Assembly (NCBI GenBank): GCA_003562365.1
Contig: PWVB01000227.1
Span: 1 to 51,630, forward strand
Source of the DNA: Anaerolineae bacterium
Lineage (GTDB): Bacteria; Chloroflexota; Anaerolineae; B4-G1; SLSP01
DNA: 51,630 bases
Direction: 5' to 3'
Positions 47,111 through 51,630 of this stretch are shown in pieces. The first letter of the stretch is position 1; the number at the start of each line of letters is the position of its first letter. The notes beneath the pieces were generated by a model. It was given only the letters and a program-made list of their open reading frames with translations. It ran no database searches and had not been told where the DNA came from. The translations under genes and the position numbers were made by a program.

Positions 47111-48236
47111 CGATATCTGCCTCCGTACCTTGATTTTGGTTGAACCTCGAGGATATTGACTCTACAGGGAACAGACCAGATTGGCTGTTGGGTTGATAAA
47201 TTTCGTAGACTAATTCGCCCAATATGCCGGCAACGAATCTGACAGCAGAGATCGCTCGTCCATAATGCATGCGGACGGGGCCGACTACACCCAGAGAGCC
47301 GGTGGCGTAATCTGCAACGCCATAACGCGCCAGGACGATGCTGCAGGTGCGCAGTTCCTCCCACTGCCCTTCGTCTCCAATGATGACACGGACGCTGCCA
47401 ATACCAACGGAGGGGGTCAGGGTCTCGGAGAGCACGGCCTGTAGCAGGCTGCGCTCCTCCATTGCACGCACCAGGGCGGTCGAGGCCTCCTCCGCTGTTG
47501 AGAATTCCGGTTTTTGAAGCAGATCTGATAAGCCGTGATAGTAGATCTCATCAGCGGCCTCGCCCTCGGCATCTCGCAGTAGTGTCAAGACGATCCGGGC
47601 GATGTCTTTCTCTAGCGGAGGGAACTCGGGCATATGTGCCTCGATCTGTTCGGCATTTTGCCCGGCGCAGACTTGATTTAGGCGATCAGCGGCGTCGCGA
47701 AGTGCGGATTGGTTCATTGGCTCTGAGAGCACCAACATCTGCTGCTCCACGGTGCCCCCCTCCATTACCAGGATGAGCAGAACCGCACGACCGTGCGTGG
47801 CGATCAGCTCCAGATGCTTGAAAAGCGAGCCTGTGGTCCGTGGAGCGGTCAATATCGCTGCGGCTTGCGCTACGCGGGCCAGGACAGTTGAGGCTAAAGG
47901 GAGCCACTCCTCAATGTGCTCCCGTGCCTGATAGAATTGATGCGCGATCATCCGTTGCTCACGCTGTGGCAGAGAGGGCTCATGCATCAGCCGCTCCACA
48001 AAGTAGCGAAATCCCGCCTCAGTCGGCACGCGGCCAGCAGAGGTGTGCGGTTGTAGCAGATAGCCGAGTTCTTCGAGCCGCGCCATCTCATTGCGCACCG
48101 TCGCCGGGCTCACATCAAGCTGGTAGCGGTCGACCAGGGTTCGAGAGGCTACCATGCCCGCTGTCTCGACGTGCTCCTTGATGATCAATCTTAACAAGCG
48201 TTCCTGTCGCGTTGTGAGTGCTTTTGCTTCTGCCAT
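47091..48236 (-). CDS. hrcA: heat-inducible transcription repressor HrcA
   Basis: LTTRQERLLRLII..H..T...V.S..L and ATVRNEMARLEELGYL...HTSAGRVPT. ATG at 48236 chosen. The 3' end overlaps grpE by 20 nt. Confidence 0.9.
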   Translation of the reverse strand: MAEAKALTTRQERLLRLIIKEHVETAGMVASRTLVDRYQLDVSPATVRNEMARLEELGYLLQPHTSAGRVPTEAGFRYFVERLMHEPSLPQREQRMIAHQFYQAREHIEEWLPLASTVLARVAQAAAILTAPRTTGSLFKHLELIATHGRAVLLILVMEGGTVEQQMLVLSEPMNQSALRDAADRLNQVCAGQNAEQIEAHMPEFPPLEKDIARIVLTLLRDAEGEAADEIYYHGLSDLLQKPEFSTAEEASTALVRAMEERSLLQAVLSETLTPSVGIGSVRVIIGDEGQWEELRTCSIVLARYGVADYATGSLGVVGPVRMHYGRAISAVRFVAGILGELVYEIYQPNSQSGLFPVESISSRFNQNQGTEADIDEERGP

Positions 48237-48376
48237 CGCTCCGTTACGTTTCACCAGGCTGCTGCAGGTATTCAAGTCTTAGAGCTGATTGTCCCACACC
48301 CTGTATCCCCTGCGGCATCATTCGGCATCAGGTGATTGCTCGCAAGGGGAGGGCCGAACTTATCTGCGCAAGCAAG

Positions 48377-48403
48377 TTAGCACTCAGTATGTCGGAGTGC
48401 TAA
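48377..48403 (-). promoter_or_regulatory. CIRCE operator (HrcA binding site), perfect consensus TTAGCACTC-N9-GAGTGCTAA
   Basis: Exact match read directly. Lies between the promoter below and the hrcA start. Confidence 0.95.
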
Positions 48404-48417
48404 AGCGCTGCATAAAA

Positions 48418-48445
48418 ATGATACCACGAAGGATGGGCGTGTCAA
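48418..48445 (-). promoter_or_regulatory. hrcA operon promoter TTGACA-16-(TGG)TATCAT
   Basis: Minus-strand read: TTGACA at 48445-48440, extended -10 TGGTATCAT ending at 48418. CIRCE begins about 15 nt downstream, the classic arrangement. Confidence 0.8.
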
Positions 48446-48970
48446 TGCCCCGCAGACACCCGCCTAGAATGTGCACTGACGAGTTGTCGCAGTAGATAGG
48501 CCCCCTTTTATTCTATGATTGAGTTACCAATTCTGGACAACAGAAGATCTCCTGTGCACACTTGTATACATTTGGACTGGACAGACACGCGATCGAGCCG
48601 GGTCAGAGGCTGCGGATGACGCTCGAAGATGCGGAGACTCGCACGCTGTTTTCTGGCTTATCTGATAGAATCCTGCCGTTCGCCAGAAAAGGCGATTGCT
48701 ACACTTTTTGTCGCTGCGGGGGCACAGTGATCGCGCTGATGGATCAGATCGAAGTCCGGCGAGCTGTACGGGCGATTTGCCCAAACGACCATCAGTGAGC
48801 CTGGCGTTTGGATTGCCGGAGAGCAAAGCGGTCAAGAGCGTCTTGAGGCGGAGCAAGAATAGGTAGCGGGCACCGCGGAGCCGCCGGAGCGCATCTGCAG
48901 CTCAGTTGAGTGCACCTCAATCCGGACAAGAGGGCAGCAGGCCGAGGTTGGCAGTTGGTACATAGTCTCA

Positions 48971-49638
48971 GTGGCCGCAGATGCTTCCCTGGCGGAATGG
49001 GGGTTACGGGCGGAGAACTCCGGTTACTGTGGTGATATCCAGACGGCTGAGGAGTTCAGACAGCTCCTGTATGTGACGAGTTGTCGGAAAGGAGCCCAGC
49101 AGGCTGCGGATTTGTGTTCGTGGCCGATGGCGCGGTGTGGATCTAGAACTCGGTGACAGAACACTTTCCGAGTGCCATCCAGATTGTGGGCTGGTGTCCT
49201 GCGGCCGGGCGTATCTGGGCAGGGGCTCACACAGTGTATGGGAAGTAGTGTGTAGTTACGTAAGCTTGGGCACAAATGCGCTTGACTGAGCTATGGCCCG
49301 GCGACTTCGACAGCGTGTTGCGGACCGTGCGGGCGAAAAAGGGGCCCGAGGATGAAGATGACATTGTGTGCCTCGTCTACGGCTATTTTGTGAAGCATCG
49401 ACACTGTTTGTGATGTTCGAAACGTCGCGCACGCGGTTGCCAAATCGGCTGTGGGACAGTTGAAAGTGGCTATAAGCGGCTGATTGGCGCTCGCCTGAAG
49501 CAGGCGGGCATAACGGGGACGCTGCTCAGCGCTCGCCAGGTCATCAAGGCGCGGGCCCTCTACTGCACTGGCAAGGGGAATGACTTCATAGCGCAAAGTC
49601 CACCACCGCGGCGCACCTACACTCGTCGTTCCGCGTAA
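48971..49638 (+). pseudogene. decayed C-terminal two-thirds of a DDE transposase (ISKra4/ISLre2-like pattern)
   Basis: A single frame from 49111 reads FVFVADGAVWI*NSVTEHFPSAIQIVGWCP...YGYFVKHRHCL*...GCQIGCGTVESGYKRLIGARLKQAGITG... This matches the DGAxWIW / FPxAxQIxDxxH / IGSGxVESxxKxxxxxRxKxSGMRW blocks. It carries at least 4 in-frame stops, a frameshift near 49105-49111, and D-to-G and S-to-C substitutions. Confidence 0.65.
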
Positions 49639-49778
49639 GAACCCATCAGTGCACCCAGATCAAGGGAATGTGTGCATTCCACCCGTTGGCGCGCGGTTCA
49701 AAGACTAGCCACAGTGGATTGAGGCAGCCGCACAGCGACGGCGGAGGCGTAGCCCCACTCGTCTGGGTCGTATTCAGG

Positions 49779-50561
49779 CTATCCTCGTAGGAAGCTCAAG
49801 ATCTCGGAGATGAAAATCTCTGGCACAGTGTCCATTGCGACATGGCGCTGGCCTGAAAGGATGACGATGGTGCTGTTTGGCAGTGCGCTGTCGACGGTGG
49901 TGGTGGCCTGCTGCATATACTGAGGGCTGTCGCTACCCTGAAGCAACAGCGTCGGCAGCTGCAGTGCCGCGAACCGCTTGGGATCGAAAGTGTACGTGCC
50001 ATCGATACGCTCTTCGCGGGGGATGGTCGAAGCGAGCTTTACACGGATGGGCCAGGCTGCGAGCTGCCGGTATGCCTTGAGCTCGTGCTCGGGCATGCCC
50101 ACAGTCTCGCGGAAGAAGAGCTCAAGCGCGGCTTCGTTGTCGTTGGAGGCGATCAGCGCCTCCATCCGCGAGAGCAGCTCAGGTGAGGTCAGCGGAATGC
50201 CGGTGGGGATGGGCGGCTCATAGAGAACGAGCCGGTGCATGTTTGGAGTCAGCAGCGCGGCCTCAAGGCTGCATATAGCACCATACGAGTGGCCCAGCAC
50301 CGAAACAGGCCCGCCGATGGCATCAACTACTGCGGCGACGTCCTCCGCCTCGCGCTGTATGTGATAGTTGGGCGCATCGCCGCTGTCTCCTCGACCACGG
50401 CGATCCATCGCGCAGACGGTGAAGTGCGGTTCGAGGTAGGGTAAGAGCGGATACCATCGCCGGTGATCGGCGGTAGTGCCATGGACGAGTAGGAGCGCCG
50501 GACCCGATCCGGACTGTGCATAGCCGATTCGCGTACCATCGGCTGAGGTCACGGTGTGCAT
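49779..50561 (-). CDS. alpha/beta-fold hydrolase
   Basis: HGTTADHRRW oxyanion region and nucleophile elbow GHSYGA. AAGGAGG lies upstream of the ATG at 50561. Confidence 0.85.
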   Translation of the reverse strand: MHTVTSADGTRIGYAQSGSGPALLLVHGTTADHRRWYPLLPYLEPHFTVCAMDRRGRGDSGDAPNYHIQREAEDVAAVVDAIGGPVSVLGHSYGAICSLEAALLTPNMHRLVLYEPPIPTGIPLTSPELLSRMEALIASNDNEAALELFFRETVGMPEHELKAYRQLAAWPIRVKLASTIPREERIDGTYTFDPKRFAALQLPTLLLQGSDSPQYMQQATTTVDSALPNSTIVILSGQRHVAMDTVPEIFISEILSFLRG

Positions 50562-50599
50562 TGCCCCCCTCCTTTTGAGTATAAACAAGATACAAATAT

Positions 50600-50628
50600 A
50601 TTATATTGTGGAATTAGGGGCGTGTCAA
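50600..50628 (-). promoter_or_regulatory. consensus promoter TTGACA-17-TATAAT for the alpha/beta hydrolase gene
   Basis: Minus-strand read: TTGACA at 50628-50623, TATAAT at 50605-50600. AT-rich context. Confidence 0.6.
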
Positions 50629-51630
50629 GGTGACGTCGAGATCGCGGGTGTGGCGTGACGACAGTGCTAGTAACAGGCGACTTTACCGCGCGTGCACGCC
50701 TGATTGTCAGCTTTGGCCGCGTAACCCCGTTATGCGGTTGGCCAGAAGCGGCCCGGACTATGATGATGACAACGCTCCCTGGAGCGCGCTGCCACCAGCT
50801 GACCGCTGATGGTCACGCTGACCCCACTCTCGGTGGGATCGCCGGAGCAGGTGCTGTGAGTGGGGATCAGGTTGTAGGCCAGTAGCGCTGTGATTAGTCT
50901 TCGTTCCGCCTGCAGGAACAGGGCTTCTGGCGACGGAAGCAACACCAGGTGGAAAGTGGATTGGCTGGAAAACGCCGCTGGGATCAAAGCCCGGATGGCG
51001 ACAATAGCCCACCTGCGTTCCGCCAAGTGCCGTTCCTGCGTCAGTCTATCCGCCGACCACCCCAGGTGCGGGCCAGGAGCAGAGCCGGTCTCATGCTCAG
51101 CAGGTCGAAGGGCGGTGGCCCTAGGCGTCCGCGGAAGTGCTGCGCGAAGATGGAGCGTCAGGCGCGTAAATCGAAGAGCCGCAGGATCAGGTCAGACTCA
51201 TCCAGGCCCTCCCCGTCTTTCACAGAGAGGGAGCTTCCGGCTCGATAGGCTGATAGTGGGAGCGACACTGGCATCCAGATCACGGGGCATGTCCGGCAGC
51301 GGCGCCATCGGGAGCGGCATATGCCTGTGGGCGCTCCTATGGGCCTCTACGGCGAGGTGGTCGACATCCATCGCGAGGCTCTCTTCATCGCTGCCGTTGC
51401 CGTTATCAGATGCGGTTGCTGTGCAGCGTCTACGGATGGTTATCCCGCGTCGTGTTCGCACGCTTGAGTTAGCTGCTGGCCAAATTATGGGTGGCGCAAG
51501 GTCGCTAGTGCTTTCTGGCGCAACTGCCAAAGGCGCTCTAAGCCTATATTTCGCACCCTGACAGTTGAAAAGAAGGGAACAAAAGTGGCGGAATCGCCGT
51601 TTTGTGGCAAAGTATAGGTGACAAAACCTA

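Noticed and set aside
48562-48798. 78-aa ORF (MYTFGLDRHAIEPG...CRCGG...)
   Set aside because: It could be the N-terminal zinc-ribbon remnant of the decayed transposase, but I cannot align it to the expected CxxC...CxxC pattern. There is no RBS. Left uncalled.
50890-51561. 223-aa plus-strand ORF and overlapping minus-strand ORFs
   Set aside because: No motifs, no RBS, intermediate GC3 and Arg/Ser/Ala-rich sequence. The region is reported as unexplained instead of being called a CDS.

Overview
This is a high-GC bacterial chromosomal segment, gene-dense and mostly housekeeping. I call about 45 CDS, one tRNA-Phe(GAA), one decayed transposase pseudogene, and several promoter, terminator and operator sites read directly from the sequence.

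Clearly recognisable genes:
- Envelope and export: a lipoprotein serpin, an ABC-2 exporter triad (ATPase plus two permeases), tandem signal peptidase I genes, a TPR-Slt lytic transglycosylase and a GT4 glycosyltransferase.
- Nucleotide, RNA and ribosome functions: deoC, rsmG, rpsD, surE, thpR, thiI, scpB, tmk and a Ycf45/SpoIIIAA-like R3H ATPase.
- Metabolic enzymes: an amidase, an FprA-like ferredoxin-NADP reductase, a DHOD-like protein, a PduO-type adenosyltransferase, a D-2-hydroxyacid dehydrogenase, a UbiD-family decarboxylase, a two-subunit aconitase X (DUF521/DUF126), a HAD-IIA phosphatase, a nitrilase-superfamily hydrolase, and a PfkB-BKACE-Gfo/Idh/MocA trio.
- Heat shock: an hrcA-grpE-dnaJ-prmA operon behind a perfect CIRCE operator and a near-consensus promoter.

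I cannot point to a defined defence, CRISPR or toxin system. The parts most worth follow-up are:
- The split AcnX pair plus a short UbiD-type decarboxylase 5 kb away, which may mark an archaeal-type mevalonate route rather than hydroxyproline catabolism.
- A translationally coupled envelope module of unknown function (863-aa polytopic protein plus a lipoprotein with a duplicated domin).
- A membrane protein with a PP2C-like domain whose catalytic residues appear lost, fused to a beta-propeller.
- An orphan secreted 469-aa protein next to tRNA-Phe.
- A serpin with a predicted P1 Glu.
- A decaying, gene-poor right end (48.4-51.6 kb) containing the IS remnant.

The content and style are compatible with a Chloroflexota-like organism, but that taxonomic guess is weak inference. 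All function calls come from motif recognition by eye in the supplied translations; no database search was run.
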